Part shown: positions 11,240-23,974 of the stretch, one piece after another
Layout: every line of letters begins with the position of its first letter
Numbering within the stretch: the stretch's first letter is position 1
From: Octopus vulgaris
Taxonomy: Eukaryota
NCBI GenBank assembly: GCA_951406725.2
Contig: OX597843.1
Location: forward strand, 20,894,001-20,958,000
DNA: 64,000 bases
Reading direction: 5' to 3'
Notes under the pieces: model-generated
The model's input: the letters and a program-made list of their open reading frames with translations, nothing else
The model's database searches: none
What the model was told of the DNA's origin: nothing
Translations under genes and position numbers: made by a program

Positions 11240-12319
11240 TTTCAAAAAGCACCTCGCTCAATAAACTCGGTTTCACTCGGTTCGATTATAATGTATTTCG
11301 TTATGTTAAGAAGAACAACAACAATAACACCAACAACAACAATAACAACAAAATCAGTAACAACGAGGAAGTCGATGATGAAGAAAAGATAGTAGCAAGA
11401 AAACAGACAAGATGGACAAGCAAAACAATTTGACAATTGCGAATGAGGATAGAAATGACAATAAAAATATATCAACGTAAGTAATATCATTACACATACA
11501 CACAAACGTACGAGGGACACACCAAACATTGTTTTATATTGTGGACGACTGACTACTCTAACATCCTTCCTAAAGAAATTGAAACGGCATAAGCAGCTAT
11601 CACAATGGACAGTTTGACCAAATTGCCCCAGCTGTAGCTCACTGTACAAATAGAAAATGACGACTACCAACTTCAGCACGTCATGTAATTGTAGAGTTTA
11701 AAATAATTCATATCAATGAAGCAGCATCTAAAAAAAAGTGAGAATGAATATATTTCGATACGTTCTTTTCTTTTCTTGAAGTGTATATAGATTTTTCAAG
11801 CGAACTCTGCATAAATATGTATTTCATAATATACCCACCTGTAGACACGAATACAAACATACATATTCTCATTCAATCGTACGCTCATACACAAAATATT
11901 AGATATCGATGCTGACGCATACAGACACCAACAATTGCATAGACTTTCATACACACTCCAACATGAATATGGTAGCGGAATATGCGTTAGAGATACAGAG
12001 AGAAAAAGAAAGATGAGAAGACATTAAGTTCCTAGAAAAATTTCGTAAATAAAATAATATCAAAAAAACTTAAGCAACTTACATTTTCTGTAAACTTGGA
12101 AGATTTTGAAAGACACCTTGTGGGATGGTTGTGATCTGATTGCCATAGAAATATCTGAAGCATAAAACACGGGTCAAAAGAAAAAGTATTAAAAAGATTT
12201 CTGATAAAATATTAAATCTTGTATCTTTAGAATCATATTAAGAAAAAAAGGACGATAAAGGAGAAAATGGCCGAGATGATGTTTATGTTGATGATGAAGG
12301 GGAGGATGATGGCGATATA

Positions 12320-13826
12320 ATGCTTAGCGTAGATGATCATAAACCATTTCAGATTACAAGAAATTGATTTATGTTGAAGTTTATGGATTAGTCGAGATAA
12401 ATAGGTAGTGTCAGACAATGCTTTGTCTTAAAGGGTCAGTGTTAGTAAGGAAGTTGAAGTGTGTTCTAGTTTTGTGGATATGAGGCTGGGGGTTCGGGTG
12501 AGTTATGTTATTATGATAAAGGTTGTATGTTTCAAAGTTCCTTATATGTTAACATTTCGGATTGGTCCAACAATTTCAGTGGTGGTGGAGTAGGAAATTG
12601 TTATAGATTGCGGGTTAAATATTTTGGTATAGGGGCTGGACATAGGGAGATGCTTCTCGTGTATGGTGAAGAAGAGCATGGGTACAAGGGGTCGGGTATT
12701 AAGAGGGAAGGGTGTATTCTTGGTTCCGAGGTTAGTTGAGGGAGGCTTGTTCCACATAGGGGTATATTCGATCGAATTCTTATGACCGGAGCGTTGTAAG
12801 GCGCAATTATAATATTCAGCGTATTGTTCGAATATTTCCGTACCGGCGGGCAGTGATGAAATCCGTTTTGATACGATATCTACGATAGAGTTTAGGACAA
12901 CTGGCGTTGTGTTTGGAGGAAAAGTTGACGTAGTGGAGGTTCCCCTTAAGTTTATGGCATGGGTAGAAAATTTGACTTTGTAGATCTAGGGTGACATCTA
13001 GGAAATTAGAAGTTTTAAGGCTGTTACAAAAAGTGATGCAGAGGCCCACTTTTTAAAAAATATATCTTAGCCTTTTTCTAATCTGTTCGATTCGGCAGTT
13101 GCGAGAATCCCGAATGTCTCTATTGGCCCAGAAGTACCCAGTTTTATCATATGATTATATCAATATCGTCACAAGTGAGGTTAGAGTGTATCATTGCAAA
13201 CATGAGGACTTTGTTGAGAAGGATAAGGGATACACTAGAGTGATTTGGTCTATGTCGATCTGGATGAATTTAAAAGCATGTTTAGGGCTTTAGGAATTAA
13301 ACCACTGGACGGCTTGAGTAATTTCAGTCCATAGGTGTAGTGTGTACGTTGGATGCAGTTGGGGGTATAATCCTGTCTGATAAAATCTTGTGATCTTACT
13401 TGTATCTGAAACGGAGAAGCAAATAAGGCGAACGGAATGGTCCTTGCCAAATTTTATTTTCTAGTCTTCTACGTTAATATCGAATGTGCGAGTTAAGGAA
13501 GGTTCAGTCCTATCTTCTAATCCGAGTTCGAAAACGAGATCACGGTTCTTGATGATGAGGTCTTTTCGAGTGGAACCGGTACAATATGGTAGCCTTTACG
13601 TAGTTGCTTGAGTATTAGCTCACGGTATTTATCTAGAGGAACGTTATAAAGGTTGCTGGTCTTGACGGTTTGAAGAGAATTTCAGAGTATTTTTGAAGAC
13701 TCGCGATGATAATATAAGTTTTAGTTAGGTGGGGTTTGATTGTTATTTTTCTGGGTTTCAATGTGATGTCTTTAACGAGATTGGTAAGATCTTGGTCGAA
13801 ATTATCTGGTTACGCTTACGAAGTGC
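12320..13826 (-). mobile_element. Penelope-like element fragment (RT plus GIY-YIG remnant)
   Basis: NFLDVTLDL in ORF 12816-13049; TTYLSRLIHKL..NLKW in ORF 12233-12418 resembles the PLE endonuclease. Confidence 0.85.
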
Positions 13827-13977
13827 ATATATAACGTTTCTCTCTTAGTCTGCGAATTATCTTACATTCAACAACATATAATACTTATGTATATATTGGT
13901 ATATTGTGCGTATATGTATGTATGCATATACATATGTTCGTTACCAATATGTATGCAGAATAATATTGACATAACTG

Positions 13978-16558
13978 GTGATAAGTCCATTCAGATTAGC
14001 GTAAGATATGGGCGCCACGGGACACCGCTGACGGTGGGAGGGACCTTCTTGTCTCATTGGTTAGCTACTGCCTACCTGAAGCAGGGCAGCCCCCAGTTAA
14101 TAAGTTGCTGACCCACCACAGGCCGCCTGCTTCATTGGGTTCTTGGGGCTAAGAGTTTGACTTGAAAAAACGGCCTGCAACATCTGCACCAGGCAAACAA
14201 CTAAAAGACAAGAAACCACCAGTCCTGCGGTTAGAAAACTGGGATGTCAGGACCATGTGCCCTGGAATATCTGATGATCTACTCAGGGTTGAAGACACAA
14301 GAAAGACGGCCATCATTGACCGTGAACTAGAGAGGCTTAACATAGACATTGCTGGGCTGCAGGAGCCAAGACTCCCCTCAAACGGGAAAGTCAAAGAACA
14401 GGATTTCACCTTCTTTTGGCAGGGAAGCGATCTAGAAGAACCTCGTCAGCATGGCGTTGGCCTTGCAGTGAGAAACTCATTACTCTCCTCAATAGAACCA
14501 CCATCAGGAGACACTGAGCGTATCCTCTCACTGCGCCTCTCGACTTCTTCTGTTTCAGTATATCTACTGAGCATCTATGCTCCCACTCTCTACAGCCCAG
14601 AGGAGACCAAGGACCAGTTCTACAAAGATCTCAACTGTGTCATTAAAAATATACCAACAAATGAAAACATCTACCTTCTAGGAGATTCGTGCCCCATTTA
14701 TGTTGGATACACTGATATTGGCAACATGAATGACAATGGTGAGAGACTACTTGAATTTTGCCCATACCATAACCTGGGCGTCACCAGCACATACTTTGCC
14801 AACAAGCCATCACACAAGGCATCTTGGAGACATCCAAGATCTCACCACAGGCATCAGATGGATCTCATCATTACACGAAGATCCTTTCTGAATTCTGTTC
14901 ACCTGACCCGTAGTTACCACACAGATCACTCACTAATTAGAAGCAGGGTGAGGATCCTGCCTAGAAAAGTCCATCACTCCAAGAAAAAGGGCCGATCACG
15001 CATTAACACTGCCAGAAGCTCGGATCCTACACAGCGAAAATGTTTTGCTGTTTCTATCAAGGTGCCCTCAGTAGTTGCCCAACCCCCTTTGCTGAAATTA
15101 GGTGGAATTATATCAGGGAAGCTTTGTATACCTCATCAATAGATACCTTCGGCATGAGAGAAAGGCAACACCCAGATTGGTTCAGTGATGGGCTCTTAGA
15201 GCTGGAACCAGTTATCGAAGCAAAGCATGCAGCTCTGATGCAATACAAGAGTGATTCTTCTACAAAATCACTCGAAGAACTCAGAAAGGCAAAAAATATA
15301 ACCCAACTGACAGCCAGATGCTGTGCAAATAGGTATTGGCAGGAAATCTGTCAGAGTATCCAGTCAGCTGCTGAGAGTGGCGATACCCGTGGGATGTATG
15401 CCGGTTTAAAGAAGGCCCTCGGTCCATCCGCAACCAAGTCAGCCCCTGTGAAATCAACTACTGGAGATATCATCAGGGATCAAGGCAAGCAAATGTATAG
15501 ATGGGTGGAGCACTACCAGGATCTCTATTCACGGGAGACTACAGTGGCTGAGGCTGCAGTCGTGAGTGTCAAGATCTTGCCAGTCATGTGCGAACTTGAC
15601 GGTGGGCCATCTATAGCAGAGCTCACCAAGGCTGTTGACTCCCTAGCAAGAAATAAGGCTCCGGGAAAAGACGGCATCCCCTCAGAGGTCATCAAAGCCG
15701 GCAAAAACACCATCCTGCTTCGGCACCATCATGAGCTTCTGTGTCAGTGTTGGGAAGAGGGTAGAGTCCCTCAGGATATGCAGGATGCTAACATCATCAC
15801 GATTTACAAAAACAAAGGTGACCGTGGTGATTGTAACAATTACCGTGGAATATCCCTTCTACGCACTGTTGGAAAGACCTTTGCCCGCGTTACCCTGGCC
15901 AGGCTACAACTACTTGCTTCTCGAATCTATCCGGAATCGCAGTGTGGCTTTTGAAGAAACAGATCAACTATCAATATGATATTCTCCATACGCCAACTTC
16001 TGGAGAAGTCCAGAGAGCAGAAAATGCCATTACATATGGCCTTCGTTTGTAAGTAGAAAAGGCCTCTTCATCCTGCTCCAAAAAATCGGATGTCCACCAA
16101 AGCTGCTGAGGATCATCAAATCTTTCCATGATGATATGCAAGGCACCATACAGCACAATGGTTCAACATCAGCTGCCTTCCAAATAAAAAACGGAGTAAA
16201 GCAAGGTTGTGTCCTTGCTCCTACATTATTTGGCATCTTCTTCTCGCTCTTACTTTCACATGCCTTTCAGACATCAGATGCTATTTGCTGATAATGCTGC
16301 TCTGGTATCACACACAAAAGAAGCCATACAAAGGCTCATCAACTGTTTTGAGCAGGCATGTAACGACTTTGGCTTAGCTATCAGCCTCAAGAAGACCAAC
16401 ATCATAGGTCCGGCTACACCGGACATCCCAAACATACATATTGGAGACCACAGATTACAGGAGGTTGAGACGTTTACCTATCTTGGCTCTACCGTCACCT
16501 ACAACCTATCCCTTGACGCTGAGCTCAATATACGCATTGGCGAGGCAGCTGTGGTGAA
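13978..16558 (+). mobile_element. RTE-clade LINE (APE endonuclease plus RT), pseudogenised and 3'-deleted
   Basis: WDVRTM, IDIAGLQE, SIYAPT (APE); NKAPGKDGIP, CNNYRGISLL, PESQCGF, GVKQGC, MLFADNAAL (RT). Confidence 0.93.
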
Positions 16559-16789
16559 GGCTCAAGATATACAACGGACTGGAAATAGAAGTGCTCTAAT
16601 GAGCTGTATACACTTTTTGTTTATATCCGAGGGGAGGCAATGCGAGCAACAACTACAGGAACATCGCAAAATCCACAGAAACACCAAATACATACAAATC
16701 TTCATATACTCATTTATATCTATAAAACCCGACATTTAAAAAATTTTAAATGTAGTAATATATAAATATATCACATAAAAATATAAATT

Positions 16790-19055
16790 TTGCTTATAAC
16801 ACCTTGAATCTAGGGAGGGGCAACGGCTTAAAATAGGCATTGCAGCCGGATGCACGATATCAGTCATCTTATTTGTGTTAGTCATTGGAAATGCTACTCA
16901 GATCTACAAACTGTGAGAAAGCTGTTACTAAGACACCATTAAGGGCTTTTATGGACGACGTAACTATATTATCAGAAAGTAGAGAAGCAGCAGAGGAAAC
17001 GTTAGAGCGGTTGGACGAACTGATAGGATGGGCATGGATGAAATTCAAAGCCAAAGAATCTCGAAGCGTGAAAGAAGGCAAGAAGTGAAATTCAGGATAG
17101 GAGGTGAAGACATACCAACGGCGAAAGAACAACAGGTAAAGAGTCTCGGCAGATGATCTATAAAGATTTATTAAATGATAAGAAGCAAGGAAAAGAAACA
17201 ACGAGTTAGTAGAACAAGGATTAAAGGCAATTGACAGAACAACGCTGCCGGGAAAATGTTGGATACTGCAATTTGGTCTGTCCCCAAGAATAATGTGGCC
17301 ATTACAAATGTACGAAATAGCCTCGAGTAGAATAGAAAGGATGGAGCAAAAATGCAGTGTGTTTATCAGAAAATGGCTTGGTCTGCCGAAACCACTGAAT
17401 ACAACTGCACTATATGGAAAAGCCGAGCTGCAACTACCAATAACATCAATCGCCGAAGAATATAAGGCAGGAAAGGCAAGGACAGTAATGATGCTAAGGT
17501 ATTCAAAAGACCAGAGTATCCGGGAAAACCCTTCAAAGGTACGATCAGGGAGGAAATGGAAGGCGGAAGAGGCAGTAAACAGGGTTATCGGAAAACTAAA
17601 GCACGCAGATATAGTCGGAGCGACGCAAGAAGCTACAACCAGCCTAGGGTCACAAAATTTCAGGCCATTTTGCAAGAGCAGTGTAAAAGAGATGAAAGAG
17701 GCATTGGTATACGAAGTGAGAAAGGAGGAAGAAGAAAGGCGAAATGTACATTTTGTGCAATGCAGTTAAAATGGACAATGCCTGAGATGGGAGGAATATA
17801 TGATCAACCGCAGAATATCATGGAAGGAACTTTGGGCTTGGGAACAAGCAAGAACATCCTTCCTGATCAAGTCTACCTCCGACTTCTACCCTCACCGGCG
17901 AACTTAATCCGGTCGAACATAAACAAAATTGATGATTGTAGATGCGGAGAGAAAGCGACGGTTAGACATGTTATGTCAAGTTGCAGACTAGCACTTGAAA
18001 GAAATACTTGGCAGCATAATCAAGTCCTCAGCGTCATAAGCGCAGCACTCAAGGATAAGATCGAGAGGTACAATTGGGGAGAGTACCTAAAAGTAGAAAA
18101 GCGCAGGAAGTATACTTCCACAAGGAGGGAAAAGGTTATAAAACCAGGCCTACAAGTAAAGTATACAAGATAGACGAAGGATGGAAGGGATACTTGGAGG
18201 TGGCCACGGACTTGGAAAGACAAGTAGTATTTCCACTAATAAAAACAACACAAAGACCGGACTTAGTTCTATGGAACAGAGACCAGGGAATGGGAATTTT
18301 AAGGTCTGACAGTACCTTGGGAAGAGAACATCGGCAATGAAACTAAAGGAGAAGAGATACGAAAAGCTAATCGAAGAATGCAGAGAACAGGGATTGAATG
18401 TCGAATATTATCACCTGGCAATGAGGGCTAGAGGCTTCTTTGAAAAGAAAATGACAACGCTTTTCAAAAGAAGATTTGTTTTTTGTAGCCCCGAGCTGCG
18501 TAAACTAATAAGGAGAGTACAGGAGGCGGTCGAAAAAGCCAGCTTCTATATATGGCTGAAGCGGGAAGACCGAAGATGGCTTGAAAGTCATAAACACGCC
18601 GACGGGAAGTAACATCATTAGGTGAAACTGGCTGACTGAATCAGCTTCGCTGACTGACAGGTGATGGTCGTTTAGAAAAAGCGCGGGCTAAAGCTACACA
18701 CCTTCTCTAGTCAGTTAAGGTGAGACAGTGCCACGTGACAAGTAGCTGGGGCTATGTAAAGAGCAGGTATTTAAAGAGAGAAATTTGACAAGACAGTCAG
18801 TCACCAGCTGACACTCGCTGACGATACATCGAAGAGGCCAGGGAAAAGAAGAAAGAAGAAGAACGGAGACATGTACCCAACACCAGAACTGAAGACACCT
18901 CCAAAAGGAGGGGTCCCGCCACGTCAAAACTGTAGAGGAGTAGGGGCCGAAACAAGACGTGGTTCCTCCAGACTATGTCTTGAGTTAACTGGATCCTATA
19001 AAGGAGCTGTTGGTGTAGCAGACCACGAAACACGGTTGTAATTCCTAAGTATAAA
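16790..19055 (+). mobile_element. HERO-type (R2-group, restriction-like endonuclease) LINE, 5'-truncated
   Basis: GIAAGCTIS, RAFMDD, RKWLGLP, C-x-C..H..C knuckle, WQHNQVL, RPDLVLW and a structured 3' UTR. Clade assigned from motifs. Confidence 0.85.
18892..18981 (+). ncRNA. HERO 3' UTR pseudoknotted hammerhead-like RNA, core-mutated copy
   Basis: All stems of the 62971-63059 fold are present, but CTGATGA is replaced by CAGACTA (18969-18975). Confidence 0.6.
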
Positions 19056-22000
19056 TTTGTTACAATAAGAGAAATAAATAGAATAATAATAAATAAAAAT
19101 AAAGCATACAATGGCAAATTAAAAGACGAATTAAAATTCTAGCGAAATGTACATAGAAGATAATAATTATACAATTTACAAAAATATAAGTTTACAAAGA
19201 TACAGAGAAGTCCCTCTACCGGCCGTTTCGGAGACGCGCCAATTAATATTAGTCAAATCATATACTTAAAATTGGCACACCCCTCATCAGGTAATCCTAT
19301 ACATACAACACATAGTAAACGTGAACAAATACACAATTACATACCGGCCATATTCAGAAACGAGACATTACGTACTCCCAGAAATTTTTCTCCGATCCTG
19401 AATGCTATTTTATATGCATATATTTCGATCAGCAGCCATAGTAAATGATATGCACACAGCGCCATCTGGACCATTTCACTTCTGCACTTATTTTATTTTA
19501 TTTTTCTTCAATCTGATAAGTTCTCACATACATGCAAAGCCACATATTCGGGTTCAAGTCCTTGACACATTTTATACTAATAGCTATTTTTTCTTTTAAT
19601 AATTACATTACTTTAGTTTTATTTCATTCACTTCTTACTATGCTTACTAAATTTAATTCAATTGTTATCGCTTAGCTCTAACTTTTATTGCTATTTCTAT
19701 TTCTAAATTTCTTATAGAACGTCGAGTGGATCTTATGCGTACACGCCGGTATTGCATCAGTGAACTTATTTAACACTGCGTTGTTGTAATTTTTCAATAT
19801 AGTATATGCTTCCCTTATGCATAAACCGCATCTAGTGGACCCAATTCTATAAGGGGAGGCATGCACAAGGATAGCCCATGATATTTTAAATTCAACATCC
19901 CTTTCCTTAAGGTCATTAACATGTAATGCCAATGTTGTAGAGGTCCTATATTTAGGATTGTTGAAAGAGCTCAGGTGGAACCGATACCTCTGCTTAAAGT
20001 CTACTGTGCTTCCAATATATATTTTTCTCTGGCCTCCTTGAGCCTCAACACTACATTTTCCTGGCGACAATTTCCGCTAATCGGACATACTGATGGGCCC
20101 CCTACAATTACATTTCTTCAACCTGCTACGGGGTCTCGTATTACTGATCACTCCGAAACCATGCCCCCTCCCAGTACTAGGATCCACCATATCATTTACA
20201 CCATCGTTCCTACTATTTTCCGGTATATGTATTGTTATATGTATATGTATTGTTATTCTTACTATTACAATCATTCTTATTTTTATTTTTACTAATATTT
20301 GTATTACCATTATCACTACAATTAACACTATTATTACCACCCTGATAATCATTATAATCACTAATATCAATCACCAACATCATTATTATGATTATCTCTA
20401 CTATTTGCATTATTTGTCATTCCAATACGCCCTTCATAATCGATTTCAGAAGACGTACTATTAATATTACTACTATCTTCTATGTCCTTAATGAATTTTC
20501 CATTAAAGCTTCTGTCATCATTTCTATCATTATAGCGCCTTATTTTACTTCTGTTCAACGAAGCAACAATAGATCCGACATTGGGAGTGTCTGAGTAGGC
20601 CACCTTGATTGTTGACTTGTTACATATTGAATAGTACTTATGATGTTTTGGGATATTTTCCTTCAATAACTTTAAAAATAGCTTTGGTAAACCTTTCACC
20701 CTTAATGAAAAGGGAGAGGCAAACCAAGTAACTTGACGAATCCTAGACTTAGTATTAATAATGGGATTACAATATGTTGCTTGACTTGATGTACTAAATG
20801 TAAAGCCATTCCTGTATCTATTAGTAATATTTATATTTTTATTTTTACTAACTATTAGTATTATTCTTATTCCTATTTTTCACCTTCACTAGAACTAAGC
20901 CCAACTTTAAACCTCAATTCACATTTATGACTCCTATTATTTGCAACCCCTTCCCTCCCGTTGCTGTTATCATCCATGGTACTTTCATCATTACAATTCT
21001 CATTATTAACCTTATTAACGTGGTTACCATTTACAAAACCAACCACATCACATTTAGTTCCCTTATTTCCAAATCCCATTTTATCAGCATAAATATTGGT
21101 CATTATCAGCTTGTTGCGAGTTCCTTGGGGATCATGAGGGGAGCCTCTGCTATCCGAAACCCGTTTCATACCGTCGCTGACCATGCTGGCCAACTTAATT
21201 TTTAATTTTGTATTGTGCATGTATTCAATATTATTTGTGAACCCACTCAATTTTAAGGCATGTTGTATATTGGGGCGTGTTGATTAAAAATGTTTTTTTC
21301 GCCGATAGGTTTGAGATTCTGATAGAAATTGCCAGTTATAATGCTATTGATGGTTGATTTGGGATGATTTGAGGAAACATTGATATATCGGGAAGTTTGG
21401 TTTGGTTTTCGGAAAGGGTAGTGTAAGGGAGTATTCAGATCGAGAGTGATGTCGAAGAAATCTGCCACTTTAGGATTATTCTCAAAAACGATGCTTAAAT
21501 TATAAAAGTCCTTGAAAAATTCTTTAAGGTCCTTCTTCATTCTTTCAATCTGAGGATTTGAATGATTAGAGACGATGAATAATGCGTCATCCCAGTAAAT
21601 CCCTCCGGATAGAGATGGAAAAAACCGCTTAAACTTGTCTAACAAAAATAGACCAACAATATCCGTTACTTGAGCCGAGTCCGATAATCCCATAGTGATG
21701 TCGAATAAATTAAAAGAATCCGATTTAGACAAGTGGTGCTTTCCATAATTTATCAGAGTCAGTCTTGCTGCTTGAATAATATCAATATCTAGATTCGATA
21801 TTTCAACAAAGTTCCCGGCTAAAACGATTGCTTTATTCAGTAAGATGGGAGAGATCGAGGAGTAGTAATTCGAAATATCAAATTGTACAAATGAAGATGA
21901 GTCATCACATTTAATTGTGTGAAACCAATATAAAACATCATTGGTAGATTCCCATAAGGGCAACATCGTCCTTTCACTTATCACTGGAATAATTCTATCC

Positions 22001-22420
22001 ACTATGGATTTGCTGATTCTACCCAAGTCAGATTTAGTTGGGCAAATTAATCGTATTGACAGTTTGGCAAGAAAATCTTTTTAATGGGCCTTTAGGGTGC
22101 AGTGCGGGGTCTTAGGATCATAAGGTTGCGTGCGGTCAAGGATTCCTAATTCAGAAATTAATTCGTCGTGTCTATTATTAATGTCGGTAAGAGCCGATTT
22201 CTTGGCGATTTTGTATTTAGCGTGCAGCTCTTTGGATATCAATTCATCATAAGTTTCATAAGGCACTGAATAAATATTGCCTGTTTTATCAGAAAGAATG
22301 TGTGGATTAGGATCTAAATGTTGGGCTTTATAGATATAAATGAGTATATGAAGATTTGTATGTGTTTGGTCTTTCTGTGGATTTTGTGATGCTCCTGTGG
22401 TTGTTGCTCCCATTGCCTCC
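19056..22420 (-). mobile_element. Naiad-type Penelope-like element (RT, Cys linker, GIY-YIG, pLTR), frameshifted
   Basis: RT ORF 21253-22026 (VQFDISNYY, FDITMG, GIYWDDAL, DFFDITLDL); linker CNCRGPSVCPISGNC across a 1-nt frameshift near 20100; EN ORF 19678-20070 (KIYIGST..FKQRY..CGLCIRE). Confidence 0.92.
19211..19300 (-). ncRNA. Minimal hammerhead ribozyme in the PLE pLTR
   Basis: Minus strand: CTGATGA, 14-bp stem II (ggggtgtgccaatt/aattggcgcgtctcc), GAAAC-GGCCG-GTA. Stem I pairs poorly. Confidence 0.7.
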
Positions 22421-22436
22421 CCGCGGATAAAAAAAG

Positions 22437-22471
<35 letters not shown>

Positions 22472-23393
22472 ATATGCGGAGCAAAACTGTATAAAAATTT
22501 GTTATTCACAATGCACCTAAATTTGGATTTTTAAAAAAATTACCTTATTTGAATTGTTTTTAAATAACCTTATTTACATACATACCAAACTAGTTTCAAC
22601 AATACTTAGAATAATGAACTAGAAAAACTTGTTTCAATGTTTATAAGTTTCAGTATTATGAAATATGATTTAAATATTCATAACATTCAATAATATAAAA
22701 ATGTGGAATATCTTGTTTAAAAGCATAAAATTCAAAAGATCGATTAGAAATGTGTATCATCAGAGTTTCGGCCATACAGGGTAAAGAAGAAGGAGAAAAA
22801 CAAGGGAGAAATTGAGATAGTGGAAAAAGGGAAATCTTTGAGCACAGTCCCTGTGAATCATTTTCCGTCGTGTGCAAGGACTTTTGCTTGTAACGGCCTT
22901 TTTGGGAATTGGATGTGTTTACAATTATTTCCGTGAACCATTCTGATATTTGATTCATTAAATTACAAGTGGCGTCTAGTTTTTCTGCTGGGCAAGGTTG
23001 TGGTTCTGCCTGATCGACGTCCCTGTGGGGGACGGTCATCAGCCATTCCAGTTGGTTGATTCTCTTAAAGCGTCACTTTGTTGTATTTGCTCAAGTTCGG
23101 TTCTGATCAGATGTAAAATTTCAATGATTTATGTGACATCAGCAACTGGTGTTTATATGGTGTTTTTGTATGGTGATTTGGATTTGCTATTTCGAAACCC
23201 GCGTTGATGACTGGTACTAAAGATTTTTGAATTATGTCTGTTGCATCTCGATTTTTTATTGTGGAAAAATTGTTTCTTTTTCATTTTTCTGTTTAGTGTT
23301 TCAACAGAGGTGAATAAGAGAGAATGAATTAACGATATTCTTTATTCCATAACACTACCATTGTATATTGTTCAGATGATGTAATTAATATAT

Positions 23394-23708
23394 AGTGCAT
23401 GGATCAGTGGTTAGAGCGTGGAGCTTACAATCATGAGGTTGTGAGTTCGAATCCCGGACCGGGCTGGGTGTTGTATTCTTGAGCAAGACCCTTTATTTCG
23501 CGTTGCTCCAGTTCACTCAGCTGTAGAAATGAGTTGCGACGTCACAGGTTCCAAGTTGTATCGGCAGTTGCCTTTCCCTTAGATAGAGAGGGGCGGCCGG
23601 TATGCATGGGTGACTGCTGTTCTTCCATAAACAAAACTGCCCGGACTTATGCCTGGGGGGGTAACTTTCTAGGTGCAATCCCACGGTCAGTAATGACCGA
23701 CGGCGGTC
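23394..23708 (+). mobile_element. tRNA-derived SINE
   Basis: cagtggttagagcg (A box) and gagttcgaatccc (B box). Same family as 60517-60848; absent from the paralog near 8860. Confidence 0.9.
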
Positions 23709-23839
23709 TCAACCATCTATCGTAGGTGTAAAATATGCTTTTATTTGAGTATTTCAAAAAGTTCTCCGTTAGATCATACTATCATTTCACAGACACATGT
23801 TCTACCTTTGACGAATGGCAGTGATCACACAAGAAATTA

Positions 23840-23972
23840 ACCCAGTATTAACCATACTGGTCTTACAAAGAATAAGTCCCGGGGTCGATTTGCTCGACTA
23901 AAAGGCGGTGTTCCAGCATGGCCGAAGTCAAATGACTGAAACAAGTAAAAGAGTAAAAGAGGGAGTAAAGAG
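23840..23972 (+). mobile_element. SINE 3' tail fragment
   Basis: gaataagtcccggggtcg...gactgaaacaagtaaaagag as in 7690-7802. Confidence 0.85.
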
Positions 23973-23974
23973 TA

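Larger units (their letters stand above)
7850..12330. repeat. Old segmental duplication, copy A (paralog 22490-27200)
   Basis: Colinear similarity at a roughly constant 14.6-14.8 kb offset: 7990-8950 vs 22580-23820 and 10850-12330 vs 25625-27200. Confidence 0.85.

Noticed and set aside
14162-15954. Functional RTE ORF or host gene (CFDP2-like)
   Set aside because: Frameshifts, stops and deletion of catalytic motifs show a dead LINE.
20060-20125. Selenocysteine-encoding Naiad PLE
   Set aside because: Some Naiads use TGA for Sec, but the linker cysteines here are all TGT; the breaks are frameshifts.
23394-23460. tRNA genes (also 2350-2410, 41715-41772, 60790-60848)
   Set aside because: A/B boxes run straight into SINE bodies and no complete cloverleaf with an acceptor stem is seen.
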